This document shows, one piece after another, positions 1 to 13,132 of a stretch of 64,000 bases of DNA. The stretch is from the NCBI RefSeq assembly GCF_006345805.1, contig NC_043006.1, positions 78,740,001 to 78,804,000 of the forward strand, given 5' to 3'. The position numbers and the translations under genes are program-made. How positions within the stretch are numbered: position 1 is the stretch's first letter; each line of letters opens with the position of its first letter. Origin of the DNA: Octopus sinensis (Eukaryota). The notes under the pieces were generated by a model that ran no database searches, was not told where the DNA came from, and worked only from the letters and a program-made list of their open reading frames with translations.

Positions 1-192
1 CTGTGTAAAATATCAAAGGAAAAAACCTAGCTGTTTCTTACAAGAAACATCTCAATAAATATATCTAATGCAAAATTTTTCAGGGACCCTTAAAATACTA
101 TCAGGAATCCCCAATTTACTGTTTTTGTGAGGATACCCATATATTTTATATGGAACCTCAGGGGTCGTATGGATCCCGGTTGAGAACTACTG
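1..192. mobile_element. End of a hAT-like MITE (rest lies outside the window)
   Basis: Ends ...GGATCCCGGTTGAGAACTACTG; reverse complement CAGTAGTTCTCAAC resembles hAT-type TIRs. A related end (cccaatttact...gaactactg) occurs at 62280-62398. Confidence 0.45.
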
Positions 193-880
193 GTTTATCG
201 GAAGCGTTCGGTTTGTTCCGTCAGGGCTTCCTCCTCTCGTTCCATAGGTACGCGCAGGCACTCGAGCCATTGTTGCGGGGGTAAGAGTTATCGAGGTGCA
301 CTTCACGTGAAGAGGATGTCGGAGACTGGTTTCATCAACTGCAGACGAAGTCATTATAAGAGTGTCGGGCAGTAGATACATCGAGATAATGGGCGCTGCT
401 CTGAGAGAATACGAAGTTGTAACAGGAGTAAAAATTAACCAGAGAAAGACAGTGGAGGAAAACTGCCTACCCTTCCTTTAACCGTGAAGGGCAGGCAATT
501 CATTTCTGTTTAGTGGGTATGGCAAAAGAGGTTGGGCAGTGGACGAGGCTGAAAAGACTGAGGATAAACTCTTTCATTCTAAGCTAAGCTGTCATGGACC
601 TTTTCAAATCCCACTTGGAAAGCAAAATAAGGTTGGAGAGAGTGGCATTTCCCCACCCCAGTAAATTTGTTGAAAGGTAGGCCCGAGTAAATGATTCTAC
701 ACAAAGCTGACACCTGTAGCATGAGATTAGATGGAGAAGGGTGCCTGTCAATGGTATCCTAGGCAACTGGAGTTTGTGAGATTCCTTGGTTGCTCCAAGG
801 AGGTACACCATCCACTTGGGGAATTTTTGTTGTTAATTATTAGTTTTTATTGAGACACGGGTTTATGTAAACGCTCATTC
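193..880 (+). mobile_element. Degenerate, internally deleted L1/Tx1-clade LINE ORF2 relic
   Basis: Plus-strand pieces RQGFLLSFHRYAQALEPLLR (RQGxPLSPxxY motif), TADEVIIRVS (YADD position), IEIMGAALREYEVVTGVKINQRKT, then C-terminal-like AKEVGQWTRLKR...FKSHLESKIRLER; frameshifted. Confidence 0.75.
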
Positions 881-922
881 TCCTTCATGCTTGTGTAGAC
901 CTAAACGTTTTCACTTTGGGCA

Positions 923-1097
923 AAATGCTTAGCGATATTTCGTCTGTCTTCACGTTCTGAGTTCAAATTCCGCCGAGTTCGATTTTGCCTCTCATCCTTT
1001 CGGGGTCAACAGAATAAGTATCAGTTGAACACTGGGGTCGATATAATCAACTCGTCCTCTCGCTCCAACTTTCAGGCCTTGTGCCTTTAGTAGAACG
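923..1097 (+). mobile_element. tRNA-derived SINE family A (OK-like), 5'-truncated
   Basis: GTTCTGAGTTCAAATTCCGCCGAG...CATCCTTTCGGGGTC...ACTGGGGTCGAT, shared with more than 20 copies in the window. Confidence 0.8.
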
Positions 1098-1149
1098 GCT
1101 AATAATTATTATTACTGCTTACTTGATTTCAAGCAATAGTGTGCAACTC

Positions 1150-1795
1150 TTCGGCGGGCCGTGGCTCCACTGTTCGAGACGAGTGGGTGCCGGATTGCAG
1201 TGCCTGCGCCGATGACCTCCTGCTAATCTCGGCAGCGGCGTCAGAGGGTTGCGAAAGGACGATACAATCACTTAAGCAAGGGAAGTCATATCTGGCTGCC
1301 GAGGAATAAGTCGCCTGGTTTAGATAGTTTTTCCCAACGAGCTTTAGACCAATATCCCTGACTTCTTCGGCAACCTGTTAACAGATGATACCGCAACTGG
1401 CAACATGATAGGAAAATCCCTAGTCATTTGAACCGAAGAGTGGAGGCACTTCTGAGAAAGTACCAGAAGAAGGTGGGCCACATTTGTAATGCAAAGAATT
1501 TATCGTCTGATTGCCGGTGTCCTTAAAGCAGCTGGTTTCGGACCCATTTTCAGCCGAAGGATAGCTGTAATGTAGCATATCTGCTCTGTGATCAGAGCAA
1601 ATGACCACAAACTGGAATCGTTCAGTATCTTGCGCTCGGTTCGCCAGAGCTACCCACTCACGCCTCTTGTATGTACTGACTTTAGAGTCACAACTGCAAA
1701 AACTAGAGACGTTGAGGATCATCCCATGCTTAGTGGTATGTGAAAGAGTTGTATTGGCACATGTGAAACACGTTACTCTAATGGTATCGAGTTAA
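1150..1795 (+). mobile_element. LINE RT relics: short RT piece plus a second Tx1-like copy
   Basis: CADDLLLIS (about 1205); KSPGLD (1308); VLKAAGFGPIF...ICSVIRAND...SILRSVRQSYPLTP (1500-1670); VVLAHVKHVTLMVS at the YADD position. Confidence 0.75.
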
Positions 1796-3242
1796 TCTGC
1801 ACAACTTTAAGGGGAGGTGACAGGAGCGAAAATTAACTGAAGAAGTCTGTGGGAAGTCAGCTCGGCAGCTTCGGTCTTATTCTGATCTCCTCTGTGTTAT
1901 ATAACTTTCATCGTTGTTTCTGAAGTGAGGAGAAAGGATTCCCTCGGTAAATATACATTATTGTACATTAATTACCATTGGTATTCAGAATTGTTTCTGA
2001 AAGTATAATTCAGAGAAAATATATCTATGTAAAAAAAAAACAAACAAAAAACTAAAAAATAGACAGAACATTTGGTAAGTTAACGTTGATGTATTTAATG
2101 AAAGAATCATTAACACTAACTAGATATGAATATGCACGTAGGGTTTCAGTCGTACGGCGAAAGATCCTTTCTTTCAGATACATCGTAGCTCTGTCAATTT
2201 CACCAAGTGGACGCCACATAGCTGGATATTTAAGAAGTTCGCTTCGTAATTATGAGGTTCTGAGTTCAATATCATGGAGTCGCATCAATGGTATCTTTTA
2301 TCACTATCTCTGCTCGACCCAGACCTTGTTAGTGAAAGTGGATACACGGAAATCGGATGAATTCTACCTGTAATTCAAATGGTACGGTTTTTCACACACA
2401 CACACATACACACAAAATGTGGCATTGATTCCACTTGAGAATATTGTTACGATTATACATATCTACGGAATACTCAACCACTTTCACGCTAATTCACGCG
2501 AGACGAAAAAAATAATTCAGTAAATCGGGTAATCCAACCACTAAATACTCATCGTCGAACCCGACGGAAAACCATTTGCTCTACTGGGAAATTGTATTTT
2601 TTTCTATATGGCGCAGTATTGCAGTCCCAGTATACATGACTGAAATTAGTTGTATATCCAGTGTCATCTTCTCCAGTATGTGGCAAGTTTGTAAATATCA
2701 TATTGGCCTTTTATTTTGTCGCATCTCTTTCATAAGATATTATTCTTTCAATTTGCCATACAACTATATCGATTAAGAGAAATTATTTCAGTATCTAACA
2801 CCAATAAAACTGCATTGCTATTTCGAAATATAAAAAAGAAAGAGAATGTATCATTAGCAAAGTTGACATTCAGTGATAATTGATATGTATTGTAACCAAC
2901 CAACATAATTAGAAGTGTCTACCCTGAGCTTACATAACGTAAGTGAAAGTATAGAATTCGACGAGCTAATAATTACCAACACGTTTTACATGATATATTT
3001 ACTTGATTCAAAGCAGCTGTTTGTTGCTGTTTTGCGACTGCTATTATTGTCACTGTTATTACTAACTCTGCAGGTCATCTATAAGCGACGAGACCAACGT
3101 AAGCGACCTTTTAAACGACGAGGTTCAGCCACCAGAAGTAGTTTCATAAACGTTTTGCAACTGTCCTAATTTTCTTCACTTTCCAAATCCTGGGGATTTA
3201 TCAGCTTTGGTATGAATAATTAAAGACTGTGACTGCGATGAA

Positions 3243-4029
3243 GGATCTTTACCTTTTGACCGGCAGATTTAGAAAATAATTTTGTGTAACTAAACACTTT
3301 CAAACTTCGCATACTGGTAGAATGTATCATATAAAATATCTTTTATTCTTAGCATTTTTGAGAAAACTTTGTGTTTATGAAGTTATTTCGTGTTAAAGTT
3401 CTCGTATTTCGGTAATTTTAACCAATCAATGACGTATATTCAACTGAATAAAATTATTGCCGTTGTTTGTCAACAACAACTATATATTTTGTCTGTCACT
3501 GTTATTTATGACATCGTTCGTGCGTTTGTACTGGTTTTAGCTTTAAGGTTTTAGGGTTAAGGTTAGGGTTTTATGGGTAGGGTTTTAGGGTTAAGGTTAG
3601 GGTTTTATGGGTAGGGTTTTAGGGTTAAGGTTTTAGGGTTAGAGTTACGGAAAAAATGAAAAACCAAGCAAGAACGATTATGGTGGTGCCTTGAAGTAAG
3701 CATGCTTCAGATACACTCGTTTATTCATACAAACATAACTGAGAGGAAATATGTCATAAATAACAGTGACAAACGAAATATACACCGCCGTTGTTGTTGA
3801 CAAACAACGGCAGTAATTTTATTCAGCTGAATACACGTCATTGATTGGTTGAAATTACCGAAATACGACAACTTTAAAACGAAATAACTTCGTAAGCATT
3901 AAACTTTTCTCAAAAACGCTAAGAGTAAAAGATATTTTATATGACACATTCTACCAGTATACGAAGTTTGAAAGTGTTTACTTACAAAAAATTATTTTTG
4001 TAAATCTGCCGGTCAAAAGGAAAAGATCC
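3243..4029. mobile_element. Non-autonomous DNA transposon (MITE) with ~270-bp TIRs
   Basis: GGATCTTT...ATGACAT (3243-3510) is inverted at ATGTCAT...AAAGATCC (3750-4029). Flanks GCGATGAA / GCGATGAT suggest an 8-bp TSD with one mismatch. Confidence 0.85.
3534..3650 (+). repeat. Degenerate telomere-like (TTAGGG-rich) tandem repeat inside the MITE
   Basis: ttttagggttaaggttagggttttatgggtaggg unit repeated about 2.5 times. Confidence 0.75.
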
Positions 4030-4259
4030 GCGATGATTATTTAGGCTTTGTGCATCCTTGTGATTTCGTTTGGTTATGATTAAGGTTAGTGTTAGGTTTA
4101 GGTTAGAGTTTGGTTTCTAATATTGATCTTTCTGGTACAAGACTAATGAGAATAAATGCTATGATTTAGATGAGCTATAAGCAATAGTGTTTCTTCTAGA
4201 TATGGTATTTTCGAGCAGTAGGCCTTATAAAGTATTGCTCATTACAAACCCTCATTGTA

Positions 4260-4500
4260 GACGCACGCGTCTTAGTGACTAAGGTGTTGGATTTATGATC
4301 GTAATATTGTGGTTTCGATTCCTGGACTGGGCGATGCATTGTGTTCTTGAGAGAAACACCTCGTTTCACGTTACTTCAGTCCACTCAGCTGGTAAAAATG
4401 AGTAGGCTTGCGATGGACCGACGTCCCGTCCAGGCGAAGAATATATACGGCAGAGAAACCAGGAAACCACGCCTATGCTCTTTACGGTGTGATGTGGACT
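4260..4500 (+). mobile_element. tRNA-derived SINE family D with V-domain-like segment
   Basis: A/B-box-like head (GTCTTAGTGAC...GGTTTCGATTCC), central TTGTGTTCTTGAG...CACTCAGCTG, then GCGATGGACCGACGTCCCGTCCAGG. Confidence 0.6.
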
Positions 4501-4571
4501 AACTAGCAACCCACATTACTAAAATAATAATTTTACAAACACCATGTATAATGCCGAATAATCATATATTC

Positions 4572-4910
4572 TTTTCTACTCTAGGCAAAAGGTCTGAAAG
4601 TTTGGGGGAGAGGGTCAGTCGATTAGATCGACCCCAGTATGCAAATAGTACTTAATTTATCGATCCTAAAAGGCAAAGTTGACATCAGTAGAATTTTAAT
4701 TCAGAACGTAAAGAGAGACGAAATATCGCTAAACATTTCGCTCGGTGTGCTAACGTTTCTTATTTCTTTATTGCCCACAAGGGACTAAACATAGAGGGGA
4801 CAAACAAGACCAGAAAAAGGAATTAAATCGATTACATCGACCCCAGTGCGTAACTGGTACTTAATTTATCGACCCCGAAAGGATGAAAGGCAAAGTCGAC
4901 CTCAGCGGAA
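4572..4910 (-). mobile_element. Head-to-tail dimer of SINE family A
   Basis: Two copies joined at 4760/4761. Confidence 0.8.
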
Positions 4911-5347
4911 ATATTGCTGCATTTTTACTGTCTCTGAACGCAAGTTGAATTTTTCATTTAAACCGTTAGCAATCGTTTCTGCTGACATTTCCGTTTACTT
5001 AATCGACCAATTGAATAAACGGAATTATGAACATTTACTTAATCGATTCACAAATAAATGAATATGTAAAGCCTATTGTTTTTGCCTTTTCTTGTATTAT
5101 GACTCTGTGAAAAATACTATACTAATTGAGGAATACAACCATAGATTTACAAAGTCGACTGCAGATGGACTTCAGCTGTAAATCTTGTCTTAGGATTACC
5201 TGGAGTCCTATTACAATCTGTTTTGAAGACATTTTGTTAATCTGGTGTATTTGTATTAACAGAGAACTTGAGAAGTATTTTGCCAAGATCCACAATCCGC
5301 TATTAATAACTCTGTCTGTCTGTATGTATGTGTGTATAGATTATTCT

Positions 5348-5478
5348 TTTTTACTCTTTTACTTCTTTCGGTCATTTGACTGTCACCATGCTGGGGCACC
5401 GCCTTGAATTTTTAATCGAATAAATCGACCCCAGTACGTCTTTTTATATATGTATATATATATATATATATGTGTGTA

Positions 5479-5517
<39 letters not shown>

Positions 5518-5680
5518 CGGGCTTCATTCAGTTTCCGTCTACCAAATCCACTCACAAGACTTTAGTTGGCTCGCGGATATAGTAGCAGACACTTTCCCAA
5601 GGTGCCACGCAGTGGGATTGAACCCGGAATCATGTGGTTGGTAAGCAAGCTTATTACCACACAACCGCGCCTGCGCCTCT
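5348..5680 (-). mobile_element. SINE family B (OR/CORE-like), middle replaced by (TA)n
   Basis: Head GGTTGTGTGGTAATAAGCTTGCTTACCAACCACATG...CCTTGGGAAAGTGTC and tail ...GACCGAAAGAAGTAAAAGAG. Confidence 0.75.
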
Positions 5681-6759
5681 ATATATTATATATAATATCA
5701 ATAAAATAGTGAGATCGATGGTATTGACCTATTCAATTCCTTTAAAGTTACTGGTTTTGTGCCAGTAGATTTAAGTGAGCTGGCAAAATCGTAAAAGTGA
5801 ATGGCGGCCATTTTTATGGGTCTTAGGTTCTGAGTTCGAATTCCGCCGAGGTCTATTTTGCTGATCATTTTTTTCAAGGCCGATAAATTAAAATACTTGC
5901 CTAGAGCTAGAATTGCAGGTATTGGCCTGTCCTAACGCCTGAAAATTGCAGATCTGTGTATCTAAATAAATAACTATTGAGAGTGCTGATATGTCACGCA
6001 AGACAAACTTTGGATACACTTGTCTCTCATTCAAGGTGAATGAATCACATTGATTTACTTTGCACGCCTACCTTCCTTCCATGAATGCAGTTGAATATCA
6101 TACAGTTAGAAGAAAAGTTAAAAAAATTAAATTAAATTTTTTTAAAAAGGCCGAGAGTTTTTTTCGGTCGGTACAATGAAGAAAATATTGTTGGTAGGTG
6201 GAGGGCGTTAACCGTATTAGCCAATTGTTGAGAAATGTACCAGGACATATTGCTATAAACAAATACATGCTTTGAAAAAATAAAAATAAATGTGAGCTTT
6301 GTGACATGACAAAAGACATCCTTATTGATTTTAATGATGCAATTTGCAGGAGTAGTTCTTCGCCTAAACAGTGTGAAAATCAAATAATTGATCGCTGTTC
6401 TTTTGAGACCTATAACAATGCGGTAAACAATCCTTAGACCTAATACTTTATTGTCACTTACGGGCGCGCCCAACATACATACACACACAAAATATATATA
6501 CATACACACACACAATATAAATTCATATATATATTATTAAAGAAAGTATACATATGTGTGCAGCTGTGCCTGTGTGTGTATATGTGTATACGAGGGCGCG
6601 GTACGAGGAAAAATATAGACCAGATGGGTCACTACTAGCGCTCAGATATAGATTCACAAATACATGCACACAACGCGCGCGCGCACATCAGCACACGTAT
6701 CTACACATACAATTTCTATTTATATAATATTTATAGGATTATATACATATGTGTGTGCT

Positions 6760-6792
<33 letters not shown>

Positions 6793-7204
6793 CTATATAA
6801 ATACAAATAATTACAAATAATTTTTATCCTTTATCAGGTACTTGTTTCAGTCATTGAACGGCAGCCATTTGAGGAAACGCTTTGAAGGGTTTAGACGGAC
6901 AAGTCCAACCCAGCACCTTTTTTTGAAGGCTGGGACATATACTATTGTTCTTTTTGGCTGAACGTAGACAGACTACAACCAGTTGTCTGAAAGAGACATA
7001 CATACATAGATTTGTGCATACACACACATACATACACACACGCACACACGCACACACACACATATACGTACGTACATACGTACGTACGTACATACATACA
7101 TACATACATACATACATACATACATACAAAGAAACGAAGGAAGGAAGAAAGGAAGGAAGGAAGGAAGGAAGGAAGGAAGGAAGGAAGGAAGGAAGGAAAG
7201 AAAG

Positions 7205-7393
7205 AAAGTTGCAGGAGATTCCAAAATCGTCTGGAGGCCGTGGTTGAAACCAATGGTGATTTCATTGAATAAATTTACTCTTTAGTATTTCAAGATTTTA
7301 ATGTAATTTTGGTAAACATCTATTAAAATGGGATGTCAGTGTTATTTTCATTTTTGAGTAATTTAGACGACAATATATTCACCGCACCCCGTA
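7205..7393 (+). mobile_element. 3' end of a Tc1/mariner (maT/DD37D-like) transposon
   Basis: CRRFQNRLEAVVETNGDFIE* is a typical transposase C-terminus; ends ...TTCACCGCACCCCG followed by TA. Confidence 0.6.
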
Positions 7394-7403
7394 TGTGTAT
7401 AAT

Positions 7404-7714
7404 TCACCGTGATCACCGTGATCGACCAGGCCATCAGATGTTGTTACACATCACTGGTCACAATGCGCTTCGCATTGTTTTAGCCTTCAAATGACGCCAC
7501 CCCACGGGCTAAGCGAGCAGGCCAACAGAAGAAAGAGTGAGAGAAAGTTGTGGCGAAAGAGTACAGCAGGGATCGCCACCATCCCCTGCCGGAGCCTCGT
7601 GGAGCTTTTAGGTGTTTTCGCTCAATAAACACTCACAACGCCCGGTCTGGGAATCGAAACCGCGATCCTACGACCGCGAGTCCGCTGCCCTAACCACTAG
7701 GCCATTGCGCCTCC

Positions 7715-7716
<2 letters not shown>
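7404..7716 (-). mobile_element. tRNA-derived SINE family C, full length
   Basis: GTGGAGGCGCAATGGCCTAGTGG (A box)...GGTTTCGATTCC (B box)...tail ending GATCACGGTGATCACGGTGA. Partial copies at 18645-18832 (-) and 42568-42689 (+). Confidence 0.85.
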
Positions 7717-7801
<85 letters not shown>

Positions 7802-8258
7802 TCTGTATATATGTGTGTGTATACAACGTATGTATATATACATCTGTGTGTGTAATTGTGCGTGTTTGTAATGTCTGCCGATATAAATTAAACAGGAGAC
7901 ATTTATGACGTAATGTTAGATATAGGTCGCTCAATGTCCAGGTGTTTCAGTGATCAATCGACTCACGAGTCGTTATTGAAGTAAAGATAGCAACTCATTT
8001 TAGACATTCAATATATATAGCAGAGTTTAGGGAGGTGACGTGACAGAATAGTGAGTAGGCTGAGCAGAATCCTTAGTCACGTTTCGTGCGTTTATATCTT
8101 TGTTTTTTTAACATTGTCTACATTAAGTAATTCATGGTAACCACACTTCGAAACCTACACCATTCTTGATACGTGATTTGGATGAAGGAATTGATTGTCT
8201 TCATGATATACTGTTGAATTAACTGATTATTGTTATCATTATTATTATCATTATTATT

Positions 8259-8326
<68 letters not shown>

Positions 8327-8329
<3 letters not shown>

Positions 8330-8960
8330 GGCGGCGAGCTGGCAGAAACGTTAGCCCACCGGGCGAAATGCTTAGTGTTATTTCGTCTGCCGCTACGTTC
8401 TGAGTTCAAATTCCGCCGAGGTCGACTTTGCCTTTCATCCTTTCGGGGTCGATAAATTAAGTACCAGTTACACACTGGGGTCGATGTAATCGACTTAATC
8501 CGTCTGTCTGTCATTGTTTGTCCCCTCTGTGTTTAGCCCCTTGTGGGTAGTAAAGAATTAGGTATTTCGCCCGACCTTACATTCTGAGTTCAAATTCCGC
8601 CGAGGTTGACTTTGCCTTTCATTCTTTCGGGGTCGATGAAATAAGTTCCAGTTGAACACTGGGTCGATGTAAACGACTCATCCCTACTTCCCCTAAGCTG
8701 CCCTTGTGGCAAAAAAATTAAAATGATAATAATTACTATTAAGTTGGTGAGCTGGCAGAATCGTTAGCATTCCTAACAAAATGCTTAGCGGTATTGTGTC
8801 TGTCGCTACGTTCTGAGTTCAAATTCCGCCGAGGTTGACTTTGCCTTTCATCCTTTCGGGGTCAATAAATTAAGTAGCAGTTGAGCAGTGGGGTCGATGT
8901 AATCGATTACCTTCACACCCCCTCTCCCAAATTTCATACCTTCTGCCTATAGTAGAAAGT
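8327..8960 (+). mobile_element. Tandem array of three SINE family A copies
   Basis: Full copy starts AAGGCGGCGAGCTGGCAGAAACG after (ATT)n; junction at 8560/8561. Confidence 0.85.
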
Positions 8961-8961
8961 A

Positions 8962-8965
<4 letters not shown>

Positions 8966-9001
<36 letters not shown>

Positions 9002-9079
9002 CATTGCCATTGCCATTATTATTATTATTATTGTTATTATTATTGTTATTATTATTGTTATTATTATTGTTATTATTAC

Positions 9080-9118
<39 letters not shown>

Positions 9119-9349
9119 CATTGCCATTGCTATTATTATTATTATTGTTATTATTATTGTTATTATTATTATTGTTATTATTATGATTATGATTATCATT
9201 ATTATTATTATTATTGTTGTTGTTGTTGTTGTTATTATTATGATTATGATTATTATTATCATTATTATTATTATTATTATTGTTATCGTTATCGTTATTA
9301 TTATTACTATTATTATTATTATTATTATTATTATTATCATTGTCATTGC

Positions 9350-9392
<43 letters not shown>
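8966..9392. repeat. Long interrupted (ATT)n trinucleotide microsatellite
   Basis: Read directly; explains the poly-I and poly-L ORFs. Confidence 0.95.
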
Positions 9393-9749
9393 GAATATTC
9401 ATTTTTTTACTTGTGTTTTCGCTATGAAAATATTGATACTGAATCAGTAGGTATATAATTAACAGCGATCAGTCGCTTTCTCGCTATCGTGATGTGATCA
9501 CGCTTAAATAAACAAGATAACAATGAGGTGTTCCTTATGACAATCAATATCGTGATTTGATCATACTTGAATGAACAGCATAACATTTTGGTGCTCCTTT
9601 GACAATTAGTTTCTTTTTATATAACAACATAAGATGAGTTTAATAACATATTTATTGGCGTTTCCCAAATTCGTGATCTTAAGTACAGAATACGTCGATA
9701 CCCTGGTACGTCAACAACTTAGCGCTCGCCCCTCCCAAAGTGTATATTC

Positions 9750-10628
9750 GTTTAAAACTTTTGGACAAGGCCAGCAGTTTCGGGGAGTGGATAAGTTGAC
9801 TACATCGACCCAGTGTTCAACTGGTGTTTCTTTTATCGACCTCGGAATGATGAAAGGCGTAGTCGATCTTGGTGGAATTTGAACTCAGAAAGTGAAGATG
9901 TGCGAAATGCCGCTAATAATTTTGTCCGGCGTGCTAACGTTTCTTATTTCTTTACTACCCAAAATGGGTTAAACACAGAAGGGACAAACAAGGACAGACA
10001 AACGGATTAAGTCGATTACATCGACCCCAGTGCGTAACTGGCACTTGTAAATCGACCCCGAAAGGATAAAAGGCAAAGTCGACCTCAGCGGAATTTGAAC
10101 TCAGAACGTAGCGACAGACGAAATACCTATTTCTTTACTATCCACAAGGGGCTAAACACACAGAGGACAAACAAGGACAGACAGACGGATTAAGTGCGTA
10201 ACTGGTACTTATTTAATCGACCCTGAAAGGATGAAAGGCAAAGTCGACCTCGGTGGAATTTGAACTAAGAACATAACGGCAGACGAAATACGGCTACGCA
10301 TTTCGCTCAGCGTGCTAACGTTTCTTCCAGCTCGCCGCCGGTATTCTGTACTTAAGATCACGAATTTGTGGAAAGGCAATAAATATGCTGATAATGAAAT
10401 ATTTATTTCTTTATTGCCCACAGGGGGCTAAACATAGAGGGGACAAACAGACAGAGGTACTAAGTCGATTACATCGACCCCTATGTGTAACTGGTACTTA
10501 TTTAATCGACCCCGAAAGGATGAAAGGCAAAGTCGACCTAGGCGGAATTTGAACTCAGAACGTAGTGGCAGACAAAATACTGCAAAGTATTTCGCCTGGC
10601 GTGCTAACGTTTCTGCCAGCTCGCCGCC
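9750..10628 (-). mobile_element. Tandem array of 4-5 SINE family A copies
   Basis: Repeated ATCGACCCCGAAAGGATGAAAGGCAAAGTCGACCTCGGCGGAATTTGAACTCAGAACG units. Confidence 0.85.
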
Positions 10629-11219
10629 GGTATTCTGTACGTTGGATCACGAAGTTGGGGAATGGCAATAAATATGTTAATAATGAAACATTAATAATGA
10701 TTATGGACGTGGTAGTCTGTCTCTTTCCTTAAACATTTGTATTATTTATCGTCACGATGGGCGTTGACAGGTAACATAGCAGAAAAAATCGAAAAGTGAC
10801 GTGTAGCGAAAGTATAGGAAACAAACTATTAAATCGGTAATATTCATGTAGATGTAATATTAAATCGTAAAACTTATGGTTTTACTCTATCGACGTATTC
10901 ATAAAAAATATTACATTATTTCACTTATAATGCGTAACAAAGGCGAATGATGTCATTTTCAGTCTACTATTTTGGTGCTGACATTTAACTGACATTTAAC
11001 TTCTAAGCGCTTCACACCTATGTGACTCATCGTCACAAAATTAAGGTTTCTGAAAAACATGGTGCACAGAGTACAGTTCTCTGTAATACAAAGAATCCAA
11101 CATTGAACCGAGTTTAAAAAAAAAATTTGTTTGAATTCAATGCCAGTTTACGATGCCCTTTACTCATGCTTCTAATGGTCTTACGAAAGGTAGAGTACCG
11201 TTTAGTACAGAGCCATCCG

Positions 11220-11314
11220 TATCTATCTATCTTTCTATCTATCTATCTATTTATCTATCTATCTGTTCTATCTGTCTATTTGTCTGTCTGTCTCTCTCTC
11301 TCTCTATCTATCTA

Positions 11315-11347
<33 letters not shown>

Positions 11348-11385
11348 GTACCTGGACGACAGACATGCAGATAGATAGATAGATC

Positions 11386-11454
<69 letters not shown>

Positions 11455-11475
11455 GTAGGTAGGTAGGTAGGTAGG

Positions 11476-11527
<52 letters not shown>

Positions 11528-11535
11528 AAGATGGA
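11220..11535. repeat. (CTAT)n and (AGAT)n tetranucleotide microsatellites
   Basis: Read directly. Confidence 0.95.
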
Positions 11536-12027
11536 TAGATGCGTGGGCCGCGCATGTGCATGACTCCGTGACGTACACTGCTTTCGCTAATTTTTAGGTC
11601 TCCGTTTAGTCGACAGCAGACATAAACACTGTTTAGGACTATTTATCCCTGTCCCAGCGAATCTGCCAGAAATAACTCCCACCCGAAACAGTAGAGGAAC
11701 TTGAAGCATTTTGATATGAAGTAGTTTGATCAGGGACAAGGTCCTGCCTACATATTTTTCCCACAAGAGTTTCGGACCCCAGCAATATGTGCTCATAACT
11801 TAGTTTTATAGTCGAGCTCTGATTGGCTGCATGCAAATGAGTTCATAACTGGAGTCCGGAACTGTCCTGGAAAAAAAAAATTTCGCGTGCCGCCCGATCC
11901 AAGATTAGAACCCACAACATTATGATTATGAGTTGAGCAACTTAATCACTAGGTCATGTGCTTTCACAAGAAAGATACAAATATCAAACAAATTTGCACC
12001 CATCTCTGATACATATTTCGTCATTTA

Positions 12028-12409
12028 TTCTTTTACTTGTTTCAGTCATTTGACTGTAGCTATGCTGGACCACCGCATTTAGTCGAGCAAATCGACCGCA
12101 GGACTTGTTCTTTGTAAGCCTAGTACGTATTCTATCGGCTCTTTTATCGAACCGCTAAGTTAGGGGGACGTGAACACACCAGCATCGGTTGTCAAGCGAT
12201 GTTGGGGGGGGGGAACACACACAAACATATACACACACACGCATATATATACGACGGGCTTCTTTCAGTTTCCGCCTACCAAATCCACTCACAAGGCTTT
12301 GGTCGGCCCGAGTCTACAGTAGATGACATTTGCCCAAGGTGCCACACAGTGGGACTGAACCCTGAACCATTTGGTTGGTAAACAAGCTGCTTACCACACA
12401 GCCACTCCT
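12028..12409 (-). mobile_element. SINE family B, full length
   Basis: AGGAGTGGCTGTGTGGTAAG head, CCTTGGGCAAATG CORE-like motif, GACTGAAACAAGTAAAAG tail. Confidence 0.85.
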
Positions 12410-12570
12410 AAGTAACATAAGAATTTTGTGATTTTGTTCCATATATAGAGTAATGAAATCAGTAAAGAATTGGGTGGATAAAGAACCACAGAAAACTAGG
12501 TCTTTATGCGCAGCAGTAGTTTCCAAACAGTGCGTTGTGGCACAATACTATATTGCGAGATGGAATTGTG

Positions 12571-12850
12571 AAGGCACGTAGCTTAGCAGTTAAGGTTTTC
12601 GGCTCTCAAATGTAATGGTCGTGAGTTCGATTCCTGACGGTGCGTTGTCTTTGAGTAAGACAATTTAATTAACGTTGCTCCACACCACTCAACTGGCAGA
12701 AATGATATGCATCTGTAATTCAAAGAGCCAGTCTTTTCACATTATGTGTTACGCGTGTTTGTGCAGTGCACAGCCACTTGGATATTGATTTCACAAGCAG
12801 GCTCTTCGTTTGATTGGATCAGCTGTCACATTCAACGTCATAACCGACTG
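12571..12850 (+). mobile_element. tRNA-derived SINE, family D-like
   Basis: GTAGCTTAGCAG...GAGTTCGATTCC head; TTGTCTTTGAGTAAGACA...CACTCAACTG centre. Confidence 0.55.
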
Positions 12851-13132
12851 ATTGCCATTAGAGATGGACTTAGGTAAGCTGTGAAATTAATAAAGTAATA
12901 TTTCAAAAAGAGCAAACCGTGAATAATGCAAACATGAGCTTTAAATATAAAATCTTGATAACTTCATAATTTTTTAATAAACCGAAATTTTTGAACAGTT
13001 GTTTATTGTAGTTTAAATCATTGATAAGCTGCCATAATTTCGGATGTGTATGTGCCTACGTGCATTTGAATGTGTTACACTTGATTCATCGTATTCCTCA
13101 GAGTACTGCCTTCACGACAGAATATACAATCT

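Noticed and set aside
1420-1722. Minus-strand ORF with W...ICSDH resembling a THAP domain
   Set aside because: The plus strand encodes clear Tx1 RT motifs (SVRQ, YADD position); the ORF is its antisense shadow.
2086-2373. ORF with a WD40-like stretch IVALSISPSGRHIAG
   Set aside because: It overlaps a decayed tRNA-SINE head (GTTCTGAGTTCAA) and has no second repeat or supported exon structure.
2900-3170. Possible small plus-strand exons (AAC|GTAAGT; CTGCAG|GTCATC)
   Set aside because: No recognisable protein similarity and no consistent multi-exon frame.
8326-8514. Recurrent peptide NWYLIYRPRKDERQSRPRRNLNSER in many ORFs, suggesting a gene family
   Set aside because: Antisense translation of SINE family A.
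8870-9458. Long poly-Ile/Leu ORFs, and the many [12 protein letters not shown] and YVCM ORFs elsewhere
   Set aside because: Translations of (ATT)n, (TA)n, (CA)n, (TAGA)n and (TACA)n microsatellites.
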